A stretch of 64,000 nt of DNA from a virus: the IMG/VR virus record IMGVR_UViG_3300024348_000004; one strand, given 5' to 3'. Numbering within the stretch: position 1 is the first letter of the stretch; the number at the start of each line of letters is the position of its first letter. Below are positions 28,581 through 38,380 of this stretch, piece by piece. The notes under the pieces were generated by a model that did not search any database, had not been told where the DNA came from, and saw only the letters and a list, made by a program, of their open reading frames with translations. The position numbers and the translations under genes are program-made.

Positions 28581-29693
28581 ATGGAACTGAGTAGGGAAGA
28601 TACCATATGGGTAGCGAGCAAGCTCGTTAACTATTTTGCAGACTTCAAAAGAATTGACGATTACTTTCGTGCAAGGAAAATTGAAAGAGTAAAGGACTTA
28701 CCTGCTCCGTTGTTCGGATTCGGTCTTGAGGATGACATGTTTCAAAACTATGACATGCATCCTCAAGACATGAATTTTGAGGTTACAACAATACCAAATG
28801 AAACATTTGATGCGATGTTGGAAAAAACTGCATCATTTTCGCCTGATGAATCGCCAGGCAAAACTATGAAACTCGTAGTTAAGGAGACCAATACAAACAC
28901 TGTAGTGGGATTCATAAGATATGGTTCACCACTAATCAATTCAAAACCAAGAAACGATTACCTTGGTTCTACACCCGACTTAGATATATTCAACAAACGT
29001 GCAATCATGGGATTCAACATTGTCCCTGTACAACCATTTGGATATAATTATCTTGGTGGTAAACTTCTTGCCGCTATCTGTTGTTCACACGAAACACGTA
29101 GAATGTTGAACGCTAAATATAACACAGAGTTCTGTTTATTTGAAACAACATCTTTATATGGTAACATCAAAGGTGCAAGTATGTACGATGGTATGAGACC
29201 ATTCTTAAGATACAAGGGTGATACACAGAGTAAGTTTTTACTTACACTAGGCGAAGAACTATACTTTGAACTAAGAGATTGGTTCACCGATAGAAACGAT
29301 GGAGAAGACTTGATACACAAAGGTGCTTCATCTCGTAAACTAAAAATGCAGACTAAGATGGTTAGTCTAGTAAAACAGAATTTAAAGAAACATGACTCCA
29401 TAGGATATGACCACTTCTGTAAAGCAATTGAAAATGCAAGTGGTGTAACTACACAGAAAAGATTCTACATGTCAGAATGGGGATACAGTAATACAAAAGA
29501 TGTATTGCTTGGTAAGACTGATAAACTAATCAAAGCAGAAAACTTTGATAGATTTGAGATGGATGGTATCCTCGCATGGTGGACAAAACATGCTAGTAAA
29601 AGATTTGATAATGTTATCAAACAAGGAAGAAATCGTACAGAGTTAGAAGTGTGGAATCAAAACACTATGAACAAAATAGATATTATAAGATGA
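28581..29693 (+). CDS. DUF4338/DruA-like protein, Mom-like GNAT fold; putative DNA modification enzyme
   Basis: VVKETNTNTVVGFIRYGSP, IVPVQPFGYNYLGGKLLA, FETTSLYG, SMYDG...YKGDT. Confidence 0.65.
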   Translation: MELSREDTIWVASKLVNYFADFKRIDDYFRARKIERVKDLPAPLFGFGLEDDMFQNYDMHPQDMNFEVTTIPNETFDAMLEKTASFSPDESPGKTMKLVVKETNTNTVVGFIRYGSPLINSKPRNDYLGSTPDLDIFNKRAIMGFNIVPVQPFGYNYLGGKLLAAICCSHETRRMLNAKYNTEFCLFETTSLYGNIKGASMYDGMRPFLRYKGDTQSKFLLTLGEELYFELRDWFTDRNDGEDLIHKGASSRKLKMQTKMVSLVKQNLKKHDSIGYDHFCKAIENASGVTTQKRFYMSEWGYSNTKDVLLGKTDKLIKAENFDRFEMDGILAWWTKHASKRFDNVIKQGRNRTELEVWNQNTMNKIDIIR

Positions 29694-30082
29694 AAATAGG
29701 ATTCACATGTGGTGCATTTGACCTTCTTCATGCTGGTCATATTGTAATGTTAAAAGAAGCATCTGAGAACTGTGACTACCTAATTGTGGGATTACAAACA
29801 GACCCTTCAATCGACAGACAAGAAAAGAATCAACCATGCCAATCAGTATATGAAAGGTACATACAACTAAGAGCAGTCAAATACGTAGATGAAATTCTAC
29901 CATATGACACTGAACAGAGTCTGTTAGACTTGATACAGTCTACAGAGATTCATATGAGGTTCGTAGGAGAAGACTACATAGGTGGAGATTTCACTGGAAA
30001 AGGAATGCATGAAATATATTATACAGATAGACAACATTCATTTTCCACAACCAATTTAAGGAACAAAGCGGGACTAGTATAA
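29690..30082 (+). CDS. Cytidylyltransferase (TagD/RfaE-like, HIGH family)
   Basis: GAFDLLHAGH, YLIVGLQTD, VKYVDE, GEDY, FSTTNLR. Confidence 0.92.
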   Translation: MKIGFTCGAFDLLHAGHIVMLKEASENCDYLIVGLQTDPSIDRQEKNQPCQSVYERYIQLRAVKYVDEILPYDTEQSLLDLIQSTEIHMRFVGEDYIGGDFTGKGMHEIYYTDRQHSFSTTNLRNKAGLV

Positions 30083-30142
30083 CGGTCATTACGAGGGGTT
30101 ACCAACTCTTAGATAACAGTTCGATTCTGTTGTCCCGCTCCA
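30068..30142 (+). tRNA. tRNA-Gly with atypical ACC anticodon
   Basis: GCGGGAC TA GTA-TAACGGTCAT-TAC G AGGGG-TTACCAA-CTCTT AGAT AACAG-TTCGATT-CTGTT GTCCCGC T CCA; Gly identity elements G1-C72, C2-G71, U73, C35C36. Confidence 0.88.
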
Positions 30143-30149
30143 ATATATT

Positions 30150-31478
30150 ATGCTAGATAATTTTTATACAGAAAAGACATATCAAAAGACAATTAGGATA
30201 TTAGTCTATCCTAATATCACATGGCAGAAGAACTTAGAACAAGATTCTTATGTACAAGTGTTAAAGAATATGATTCGTGAAACACAGAACGAACCGTTCT
30301 ACTGGCATATCATATCACCAACCCATATAGATGGCTTGACATTCGATAATACGGAACAGTATTTACTACCAGTTCCCACATATCCACCAGTAATGAGAGC
30401 ACACTTTGATGTAGAATCAGTGAGGAGACTAGTGGGTCATGATAAAGATTTTGATATCATCATGTCACACTTGCCAGAACATACTCACCAGTTAGTAAAT
30501 ACAATTTACAACATGACACACCACACACCAAAGGTTATTGGTTACTCGCATTGGTTTGACTTTGACCATATAGTTGCCTGGCACAAAGGTACATTCAATC
30601 AGAATGCTACAGGTCTGTTAGAGTACGATAGATGTTATATCAATACACAATGTCAGAAAGATATGGTATTGAATCAAGCAAGAGATACGTTCAATGAGAA
30701 TACTGTATCTAAACTAGACAACATTCTAAAAGTTCAACACTTGGGTGTACACTTAGATGATATTGTCAGTGTGAATAACACCCCAACAAGAACTATAGTA
30801 TTCAATCATAGATGTGAAAAGTACAAACACTTTGATGAGTTTATTGCTTTGATGGATGCATTGTGGGAACAGAGACAAGACTTTAATGTTTGGGCACCAT
30901 TGTTTGATGGTAGTTTCAGTAAACCATATCTATCAAATGAAAAGTTTGATAAGAAAGGATATTACAAAAAACTAAATGAGTGTTACATGGGATTTGCACC
31001 TAAACAAAAGTATGGTGGTTGGAGTGTTGCTGCTACAGATGGAATGATGAATGGATGTCCATACATATTCTATGAGGGTGCCTACTATCACGAATTACAA
31101 GATGACGCTGACTTCTTTACTACAGATGATGAATCACTCAAACTAATCAATGAGTATCTAGACGATATCGATTTAAGAAATGATAAAGCAACTCAAGCAC
31201 AAGATTGGTTGAGAACGCATCTACTATACAGTACAGAGATGGATAAGATGTGTGATGAAATTAAATCACTTCTATCAAAAGCAGTATGTTCACCTAAAGT
31301 AGATGAACTTGTGGAGTATGTAAAGGAACATAAATCAGTAACTAAGAAGGAATTGTTTGATACCATGGGATGGGGAAGAGGAATTAAATGGACACCTTAC
31401 AGACGTGCCTTGATGACACACCCAAACATATATGACACTACCAGTAGTGAATCCACATACAATTGGAGAGAGGAATGA
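30150..31478 (+). CDS. GT-B fold glycosyltransferase (candidate DNA glycosyltransferase)
   Basis: DFDIIMSHLPE, TIVFNHR, YGGWSVAATDGMMNGCP (GT4-like donor-binding region). Confidence 0.75.
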   Translation: MLDNFYTEKTYQKTIRILVYPNITWQKNLEQDSYVQVLKNMIRETQNEPFYWHIISPTHIDGLTFDNTEQYLLPVPTYPPVMRAHFDVESVRRLVGHDKDFDIIMSHLPEHTHQLVNTIYNMTHHTPKVIGYSHWFDFDHIVAWHKGTFNQNATGLLEYDRCYINTQCQKDMVLNQARDTFNENTVSKLDNILKVQHLGVHLDDIVSVNNTPTRTIVFNHRCEKYKHFDEFIALMDALWEQRQDFNVWAPLFDGSFSKPYLSNEKFDKKGYYKKLNECYMGFAPKQKYGGWSVAATDGMMNGCPYIFYEGAYYHELQDDADFFTTDDESLKLINEYLDDIDLRNDKATQAQDWLRTHLLYSTEMDKMCDEIKSLLSKAVCSPKVDELVEYVKEHKSVTKKELFDTMGWGRGIKWTPYRRALMTHPNIYDTTSSESTYNWREE

Positions 31479-31792
31479 GTCAACCATTATTTGACAATGA
31501 TGTTTACTGTGTAGTAGACAATGAAAAGGCAGAATTAGCAGGTATCAAAATTCTACATGGAGAATATGAAGGCGCCATATATTCGTATGGTAAGGTTGAA
31601 TTCGAAGATGGTAAACCTAACATAAATTTCGAAAGAACATTTCACGTAGTCCCCGAAGGTAAAACTTTAGATGAACTAAATACCAACGAAGAATTAAATA
31701 AATTGATAGGTGATATCCTTGTGGAACTCATCTCTCATCAAATCGCAAAGGAAGAGAATAATGAACAAAGAAGTATTGAAGGAGCAGATTAA
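31475..31792 (+). CDS. Conserved T4-like hypothetical protein
   Basis: GIKILHGEYEGAIYSYGKV...IGDILVELI. Confidence 0.7.
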   Translation: MSQPLFDNDVYCVVDNEKAELAGIKILHGEYEGAIYSYGKVEFEDGKPNINFERTFHVVPEGKTLDELNTNEELNKLIGDILVELISHQIAKEENNEQRSIEGAD

Positions 31793-32219
31793 GAGACACG
31801 AAGGAGAAGTCCTCGAAGTGTACGCTGATTCACTAGGATATTTAACACTAGGTGTTGGACATCTAATCAAAGAAGGTGATGCAGAACATGGACAACCTGC
31901 TGGAACTCCAGTAAGTCAAGAAACTGTTGACATATACTATGAAATGGATTTCGACAAACACGTTGAAGAAACCATTCATGTATTTGAATCAAAAGGTGGA
32001 GAAGATTTCTATGCACTACCCGAAGACATTCAACACGTTTTAGTTAACATGACATTCAACTTAGGTGGAACAAGATTCAGTAAGTTCAATAACATGTGGA
32101 AAGGTGTTGTTGCTTGTGACTGGGAAAAGGTTGCAGTTGAAATGGAAGATTCTAAATGGTTCGGACAAGTTGGAAGAAGGTCAGTAGAACTCCAACAAAT
32201 GGTTCGAAACTGTGACTAG
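31761..32219 (+). CDS. Endolysin (T4 lysozyme-like, GH24)
   Basis: HEG...VYADSLGYLTLGVGHL, NMTFNLG, SKWFGQVGRRS. Confidence 0.92.
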   Translation: MNKEVLKEQIKRHEGEVLEVYADSLGYLTLGVGHLIKEGDAEHGQPAGTPVSQETVDIYYEMDFDKHVEETIHVFESKGGEDFYALPEDIQHVLVNMTFNLGGTRFSKFNNMWKGVVACDWEKVAVEMEDSKWFGQVGRRSVELQQMVRNCD

Positions 32220-32493
32220 AGAAATCCTTGCAGTAAAATTAATCGGTGGTGAGGTTGTCATTGGATATGTCACTAAGAACCGATGGAAAAAGGAAATAGT
32301 TATACAAGAGGCACAAGAGTGTCTCATTACGTATGCTGAAGGTAGAGCAGAGGTAGAACTCGCACCTTGGAATCCATATGCTATGGACTATACGTTTAAG
32401 GTACCATTACATGCTGTAGTTACTACATTCAAAGTGAGACCAAATTTAGAAATTAACTACAAGAAAAGTACAGGTAATATTAAGGAAAAATAA
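32212..32493 (+). CDS. Hypothetical protein (Sm-like, often precedes gp43)
   Basis: VKLIGGEVVIG...LAPWNPYA. Confidence 0.65.
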   Translation: MTREILAVKLIGGEVVIGYVTKNRWKKEIVIQEAQECLITYAEGRAEVELAPWNPYAMDYTFKVPLHAVVTTFKVRPNLEINYKKSTGNIKEK

Positions 32494-32714
32494 TGGCAGA
32501 TTTATTAAGAGCATTAGAAAAGAAACTAGAGGGTGATGTTGCAGTTCACACTGCAAACGCTATGGTATACCAAACAAACCCAACAGGGATTGGCGAACAC
32601 CCCGACATCGTTCAAGCATTGGAAATGGAAGTTGAAAAACTTGCTGATGCACAGGACAAACTCAAATCGGTAAAAGAACTTCTACACCCATCTAAAAAGA
32701 CCCTTGTAGAATAG
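32493..32714 (+). CDS. Conserved hypothetical protein
   Basis: NPTGIGEHPDIV motif, helical. Confidence 0.75.
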   Translation: MADLLRALEKKLEGDVAVHTANAMVYQTNPTGIGEHPDIVQALEMEVEKLADAQDKLKSVKELLHPSKKTLVE

Positions 32715-32738
32715 ACACCTTTCTGTTATAATAACCAT

Positions 32739-35246
32739 ATGGATTATTATACAAACGTATGTCGTACACGTGACAAGATTCTCGTTCGAGGATATCAAGG
32801 TAACAAACAAGTCAAGCACAAGATTGACTACAGACCCAAACACTACATTCCATCTAAGAAAGGCGAGACACCGTTTCGTTCACTAGATGACAGACCACTT
32901 GAAGTTGTAGAACTCAACTCAATGGGTGGTGCAAGAAAGTTCCGTGAGAAATATGATGGGACTGCTGGATTTGAAATCCATGGATATGACAGATATATCT
33001 ATACATATATCGCAGAGAAATTCCATGGAGACATAGAGTTCGATTCAAAGAACATCAAAGCAGCGGTACTTGATATTGAGTGTGAGTGTGAAGATGGATT
33101 CCCCGACCCAAGATATGCCCAAGAAAAGATAAACGCAATTACAATCAAACCGATTGGTAAACCAGCACATGTATTCGGAATAGGTGACTGGAATCACGGT
33201 AAAGATTATGTGTATTATCCTTGTAGAGATGAAGCACATCTCATGACTGAGTTCATGAAGTATTGGAGAACGGAAAACTTTGATATCATCACAGGTTGGA
33301 ATGTAAACTCATTCGATATTACATACATTTGCAACAGAGTTGATAGACTCTTCGGCGAAGGAGAACACAAGAAGTTATCTCCATGGGGTATGAGTGATGT
33401 GAGAGAGTTCACCACCATGGGTTATCAAAAACAAATGATTTTTACACTCTATGGTGTTAATGTTCTTGACTATCTCGAACTATATCGTAAACACACATTC
33501 GTCAATCAAGCATCATACAAACTAGACCACATTGCTGAGGTAGAACTAGGTAAGAAGAAACTAGACTATTCAGAACATGGGTCATTACATACACTATACA
33601 AACAGGACTATCCAAAGTTCTTGGAGTATAATGTGATGGACGTTCTTCTCGTTGAAGAACTGGATGACAAACTTGGATTCATCGAACTTACAGAGACGAT
33701 GGCATACAATGCTAAGTGTAATTATGCAGATGTATTTGGTATGGTTAAGTATTGGGAAACAATCATATACAACTTCTTAAAAGAACAGAAGATACAAACA
33801 CCACCACAACAATTAAGAAGAACTGGTGACAAAATCAAACCTATCGCTGGTGCATATGTAAAAGAACCACAGGTTGGTGGTCACAATTGGGTCATGTCTT
33901 TTGATTTAAATTCACTATATCCTCACTTGATTATGCAGTTTAACATCTCACCCGAAAAGATGGTGAATGGTATGAGACAGGATGTCAACGTGGATAAAAT
34001 GTTAAACAAAGAGTGTAACCTAAATGAAGTGTATAGATTGGGACACACTGTTACGCCAAACGGAGTAATGTTTAAGAGAGACAAACAAGGATTCCTTCCC
34101 GAACTTATGGAAAAGTTCTATGATGAACGTAAGGCATGGAAGAAGAAGATGATTGGGTATCAGAAAGAACTTGAAACTGTTTCTGATAATGTACAACGTA
34201 AAGAATTAGAAACAAAAATCAAACATGCATACAACAATCAACAGGTCAGAAAGATTGCACTCAACTCTGCTTATGGTGCTCTTGCTAATCAATATTTTGC
34301 ATTCTTTTCTATCGACCTCGCAGAGGCGATTACTATGTCGGGTCAGTTGGTCATCAAGTGGGCAGAGAAAACCATCAATGATTATCTAAACGAAGTCTTA
34401 AAGACTAAAAAAGATTATGTTATCGCAATGGATACAGACTCAGTCTATATCACAATGGATGCATTGGTACAACAAGTACTACCCGATGCATCTAAAGAAG
34501 AGGTTGTTGATTTTTTATGTAAAGCGGAAGTTCAACTAGAGAATATCCTAGAAAAAGGATTCATTGACTTTGCAAAATACACGAATGCATTCCAACAGAA
34601 GATGGAGATGGGACGTGAGGCGATTGCAGACAGAGGTATATGGACTGCTAAGAAACGCTACATACTTAACGTACATGACATGGAAGGTGTGAGGTTTGCC
34701 AAACCTAAACTTAAACTCATGGGTATTGAGACTGCAAAGTCCAGTACACCACAATGGGTAAGAACACGTCTTGAAGAGGCGATTAAGATTGTCATGCAAG
34801 GTGATGAGGAACAATTATGGGATTACGTAGAAACTGCACGTAAAGAATTCAGAGAGTTACCACCCGAGAAAGTATCATTCCCTAGAGGTTGTAACAACCT
34901 TGGTCAATATAGTAACATGAACACCATCTACACTAAGGGAACACCAATACATGTCCGTGGTGCTTTACTATTCAATCACCACCTAAAGAACAAGAATTTA
35001 GATAGACGCTACGAGACAATCAAGGAAGGTGACAAGATTCTTTTCTCATATCTTACACTACCAAATGTGTTCAATGAGAATGTGATATCTTATGTTGGTA
35101 CACTTCCAAAAGAGTTTGACTTACACAGATTCATAGACTATGACATGCAGTTCAACAAATCATTCTTAGAACCTCTAAGAAATATTGCAGAACGTATCGG
35201 ATGGCATACAGAACCTGTTGCATCTTTGGATAGTTTCTTTTCATGA
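32739..35246 (+). CDS. 43: gp43 family B DNA polymerase
   Basis: DIECE, GWNVNSFD, SFDLNSLYP, KIALNSAYG, DTDS, KKRY, C-terminal SLDSFF clamp-binding motif. Confidence 0.97.
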   Translation: MDYYTNVCRTRDKILVRGYQGNKQVKHKIDYRPKHYIPSKKGETPFRSLDDRPLEVVELNSMGGARKFREKYDGTAGFEIHGYDRYIYTYIAEKFHGDIEFDSKNIKAAVLDIECECEDGFPDPRYAQEKINAITIKPIGKPAHVFGIGDWNHGKDYVYYPCRDEAHLMTEFMKYWRTENFDIITGWNVNSFDITYICNRVDRLFGEGEHKKLSPWGMSDVREFTTMGYQKQMIFTLYGVNVLDYLELYRKHTFVNQASYKLDHIAEVELGKKKLDYSEHGSLHTLYKQDYPKFLEYNVMDVLLVEELDDKLGFIELTETMAYNAKCNYADVFGMVKYWETIIYNFLKEQKIQTPPQQLRRTGDKIKPIAGAYVKEPQVGGHNWVMSFDLNSLYPHLIMQFNISPEKMVNGMRQDVNVDKMLNKECNLNEVYRLGHTVTPNGVMFKRDKQGFLPELMEKFYDERKAWKKKMIGYQKELETVSDNVQRKELETKIKHAYNNQQVRKIALNSAYGALANQYFAFFSIDLAEAITMSGQLVIKWAEKTINDYLNEVLKTKKDYVIAMDTDSVYITMDALVQQVLPDASKEEVVDFLCKAEVQLENILEKGFIDFAKYTNAFQQKMEMGREAIADRGIWTAKKRYILNVHDMEGVRFAKPKLKLMGIETAKSSTPQWVRTRLEEAIKIVMQGDEEQLWDYVETARKEFRELPPEKVSFPRGCNNLGQYSNMNTIYTKGTPIHVRGALLFNHHLKNKNLDRRYETIKEGDKILFSYLTLPNVFNENVISYVGTLPKEFDLHRFIDYDMQFNKSFLEPLRNIAERIGWHTEPVASLDSFFS

Positions 35247-35920
35247 GAACCCATATCATAACAATAATGGACTTGTACGAGAGTGTGGAGTCTGCTATTA
35301 CGTGTGCAAACACATGTGCATTGCATGGTGTCACTGCACAACTCTTTCCTGCTACAACGCCAGACGATGACCCACATGAAATTATTGAAAGAATACTTGG
35401 AAGAAAGATAAGCACAAATATTTTACAAATGGAACCAAGACCCGAAAGAGTGTTATCATGTCTTGCATCTCAAATGAGATTGTGGAATTCGTGTGTTGAA
35501 GTCGATGATGATTTTCTAATACTAGAACACGATGCAAGAATGATTACACCCTTGCCTGATATAGAAGTGGATGGGGTTATCAGTCTTGGTAAACCATCTT
35601 GGAACAAAGAATTGGGAGACAGTATAGAGTGGGAAGATGGACTGAACGTCATGACAGATACGAACAGACCATTCCTTGGTAACCATGCAATCATGATGAG
35701 TCCTACAGGTGCAAAACAAATACTAGATAGAATGAGAAACCCCGAATTTAGGTGGTTGCATCCAGCAGATATGATGATGACACCTTCTATGATGGGAGAA
35801 GGATTGTTGAAAGAGTATTATCCATTCCCATTTGATGTAGAGGAGACATTTACAACTGTACAGAGTGGTAGAAGTATTAATGTTAAAAATTTCGTGCCAG
35901 TAGATTATAAGGTGTTATGA
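35243..35920 (+). CDS. Glycosyltransferase family 25-like
   Basis: SCLASQMRLWNSC...LILEHDA...GNHAIMMSPTGAKQIL. Confidence 0.8.
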   Translation: MRTHIITIMDLYESVESAITCANTCALHGVTAQLFPATTPDDDPHEIIERILGRKISTNILQMEPRPERVLSCLASQMRLWNSCVEVDDDFLILEHDARMITPLPDIEVDGVISLGKPSWNKELGDSIEWEDGLNVMTDTNRPFLGNHAIMMSPTGAKQILDRMRNPEFRWLHPADMMMTPSMMGEGLLKEYYPFPFDVEETFTTVQSGRSINVKNFVPVDYKVL

Positions 35921-36660
35921 AAAACTTTTTAAAGACATTTGTAATCACACTCAAGAACAATATACGTTCTATCGAATCTTCTAATAGAACTATATACAGT
36001 GCATTGGAACATGGAATGGTAGATGTACAAAAGTTTACTGCAACGGAACCATCCGATTGGAAAATAGTATTGAGTAATGGAAACAATAACACATTCAATG
36101 AGTATCCAAATCCCGATGCTGTTGGTGCTTGTTTTGCATCCCACTATAGATTATGGAAACATTGTGTTTGTCTCAACGAACCTATTCTTGTTTTAGAACA
36201 CGATGCTTTATTTGTGGATGCACTTCCTTCATTATCTCAAGAAGAATGGGAGTGTATTACTTTCGGTAGACCATCATATATTAAGATGTCAGAAGTCGAC
36301 CATACTAGTATACCACAGAACGGGCTGAGTGAACTGAAAACTCCACATATGCTCGGACACCATGCATATGCATTAACACCCAAGTCTGCTAAAGAATTTA
36401 TAAGAGATGTAAAGAGTGGGGAGAGACCACTAGAACCAAATGATTTGTGGATGACTAAAGAACACTACCCACACTTACTAGAGTATTATCCATTCCCTAT
36501 CGTAGCAGACACAGAGTTCAGTACAGTACAGGGTGTCCCAATAAATGAAAGATTAATCTCAGAGTATAACAAACAACCGACCATGGAACAATTTAGATTT
36601 ATAAAGAAATATTATCCACAGTGTCTTGACCGTCAATCTTTAGAATTTATAAAACCATAA
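35917..36660 (+). CDS. Glycosyltransferase family 25-like (tandem paralog)
   Basis: GACFASHYRLWKHC...ILVLEHDA...GHHAYALTPKSAK. Confidence 0.85.
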   Translation: MKNFLKTFVITLKNNIRSIESSNRTIYSALEHGMVDVQKFTATEPSDWKIVLSNGNNNTFNEYPNPDAVGACFASHYRLWKHCVCLNEPILVLEHDALFVDALPSLSQEEWECITFGRPSYIKMSEVDHTSIPQNGLSELKTPHMLGHHAYALTPKSAKEFIRDVKSGERPLEPNDLWMTKEHYPHLLEYYPFPIVADTEFSTVQGVPINERLISEYNKQPTMEQFRFIKKYYPQCLDRQSLEFIKP

Positions 36661-36662
36661 AT

Positions 36663-37082
36663 ATGAACATGTATCAATATAATGTAAAAATTTCTAAAGT
36701 GGTGGACGGAGATACGGTAGACGTGGACATCGATTTAGGGTTCAGTACTGTTCTAAAAAAACAGAGGGTTCGCTTGATGGGTATAGACACCCCCGAGTCT
36801 AGAACAAGAGATTTAGTAGAAAAAAAATTCGGAAAAGCTGCAAAGGCACATCTGAAGAGTATATTAGATGCAAAACAAATTACCTTAGTGTCACACGACA
36901 AAGGTAAGTTTGGAAGAATCCTTGGGGAATTATTTGTTGATGGCGAAACAGTATCTGCAAATCAAAGAATGATTAACGACCACCATGCAGTTCCATATAC
37001 AGGGGATAATAAAGACCTAGTAGAAGAGATGCATCTCAATAATCGAAAGGTTTTATTGGAGAACGGCACTGTTGAATTATGA
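36663..37082 (+). CDS. Thermonuclease (SNase) family nuclease
   Basis: VVDGDTVDV, RVRLMGIDTPE, KGKFGRILG. Confidence 0.9.
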   Translation: MNMYQYNVKISKVVDGDTVDVDIDLGFSTVLKKQRVRLMGIDTPESRTRDLVEKKFGKAAKAHLKSILDAKQITLVSHDKGKFGRILGELFVDGETVSANQRMINDHHAVPYTGDNKDLVEEMHLNNRKVLLENGTVEL

Positions 37083-37270
37083 CAATATTAATAATGGACA
37101 TAATATACATAGTCGCAATTAGTGGAATAGTTGGCACTCTGTATATGATTGAGGCACAAATCAAATCAATCAAAGTCATGATGGAAGAACACATCAAGTT
37201 CGATGAAAGAAAAGCCATGCAATGCGAACTCGAAAAAAAGAATTCCAAAAACTCAAAAAAAACCACTTGA
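37079..37270 (+). CDS. Small membrane protein
   Basis: N-terminal TM, ATGA coupling. Confidence 0.55.
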   Translation: MTILIMDIIYIVAISGIVGTLYMIEAQIKSIKVMMEEHIKFDERKAMQCELEKKNSKNSKKTT

Positions 37271-37324
37271 CCTAAACTCACTTCCGTTCTATAATGGTTA
37301 TACATTATGAGAGGTGTATAAATT

Positions 37325-38380
37325 ATGAGTTTTTTAAAAGATTTAGTAAAAGCATCGGGTAACGAATATGCAAATATCGTTGCAGACGGTGTTGCAGCTG
37401 GAGATGTAGATTCCTTTGTTGACACAGGGAGTTATATCTTCAATGCACTATTAAGTGGTTCACTATACGGTGGACTTCCTTCAAACAAGATTACGGCAAT
37501 CGCTGGTGAATCCGCAACTGGTAAAACATTCTTTGCATTAGGAATGGTCAAACAGTTTTTGGAAGATAACAAAGATGCCGCTGTAATCTACTTCGAATCT
37601 GAATCCGCAATATCAAGAGATATGATTGAGGACAGAGGTATCGACTCTAACAGAGTTGTTATCGTACCTGTTGTCACAGTGCAAGAATTCAGAAACCAAG
37701 CAATCAGTATACTTGATAAGTATGCAGAGACCCCCGCCGACAAACGTCCACCAATGATGTTTTGTTTAGATTCACTTGGTATGTTATCAACAACCAAAGA
37801 AATCGAAGACACTGCAGATGGTAAAGAGACTAAAGACATGACTCGTGCCCAAATTACTAAGGGTGCATTTAGAGTCTTGACACTTAAACTTGGACGTGTA
37901 GGAGTTCCTATGATTGTTACTAATCACACATATGATGTGATTGGTTCTATGTTCCCACAGAAAGAAATGGGTGGTGGTAGTGGTCTTAAATATGCCGCTT
38001 CATCAATCATCTATCTTTCAAAACGTAAAGAAAAAGAAGGTACCGAAATCATTGGTAATATCATTCACTGTAAGAACGCTAAGTCAAGATTGACTGTAGA
38101 GAACAAAGTGGTGGATGTGAGATTATCATATGACAAGGGACTGGACAGGTACTATGGTCTTTTAGACATGGCACTTGCAAGTGGTGTTTTTGAGAAATCA
38201 TCTACTAGAGTTAAGTTACCAAATGGTAAGACTGAGTTCGGTAAGACAATAAACAATAACCCCGAAAAATACTTCACACCCGATGTGATGGAACGATTAG
38301 AACAGGTAGCAAATGGACTCTTTAAATATGGACAAAACGAGATTAGAAACAACGATTCTGAAGAATCTGATACTCAGTGA
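37325..38380 (+). CDS. uvsX: UvsX RecA-like recombinase
   Basis: [30 protein letters not shown]; promoter TTGACC-17-TATAAT at 37267. Confidence 0.96.
   Translation: MSFLKDLVKASGNEYANIVADGVAAGDVDSFVDTGSYIFNALLSGSLYGGLPSNKITAIAGESATGKTFFALGMVKQFLEDNKDAAVIYFESESAISRDMIEDRGIDSNRVVIVPVVTVQEFRNQAISILDKYAETPADKRPPMMFCLDSLGMLSTTKEIEDTADGKETKDMTRAQITKGAFRVLTLKLGRVGVPMIVTNHTYDVIGSMFPQKEMGGGSGLKYAASSIIYLSKRKEKEGTEIIGNIIHCKNAKSRLTVENKVVDVRLSYDKGLDRYYGLLDMALASGVFEKSSTRVKLPNGKTEFGKTINNNPEKYFTPDVMERLEQVANGLFKYGQNEIRNNDSEESDTQ

Noticed and set aside
28581-29693. Druantia anti-phage defence system
   Set aside because: Only a DruA-like domain is present; there is no DruE helicase or other dru genes, and the context is nucleotide/sugar modification.
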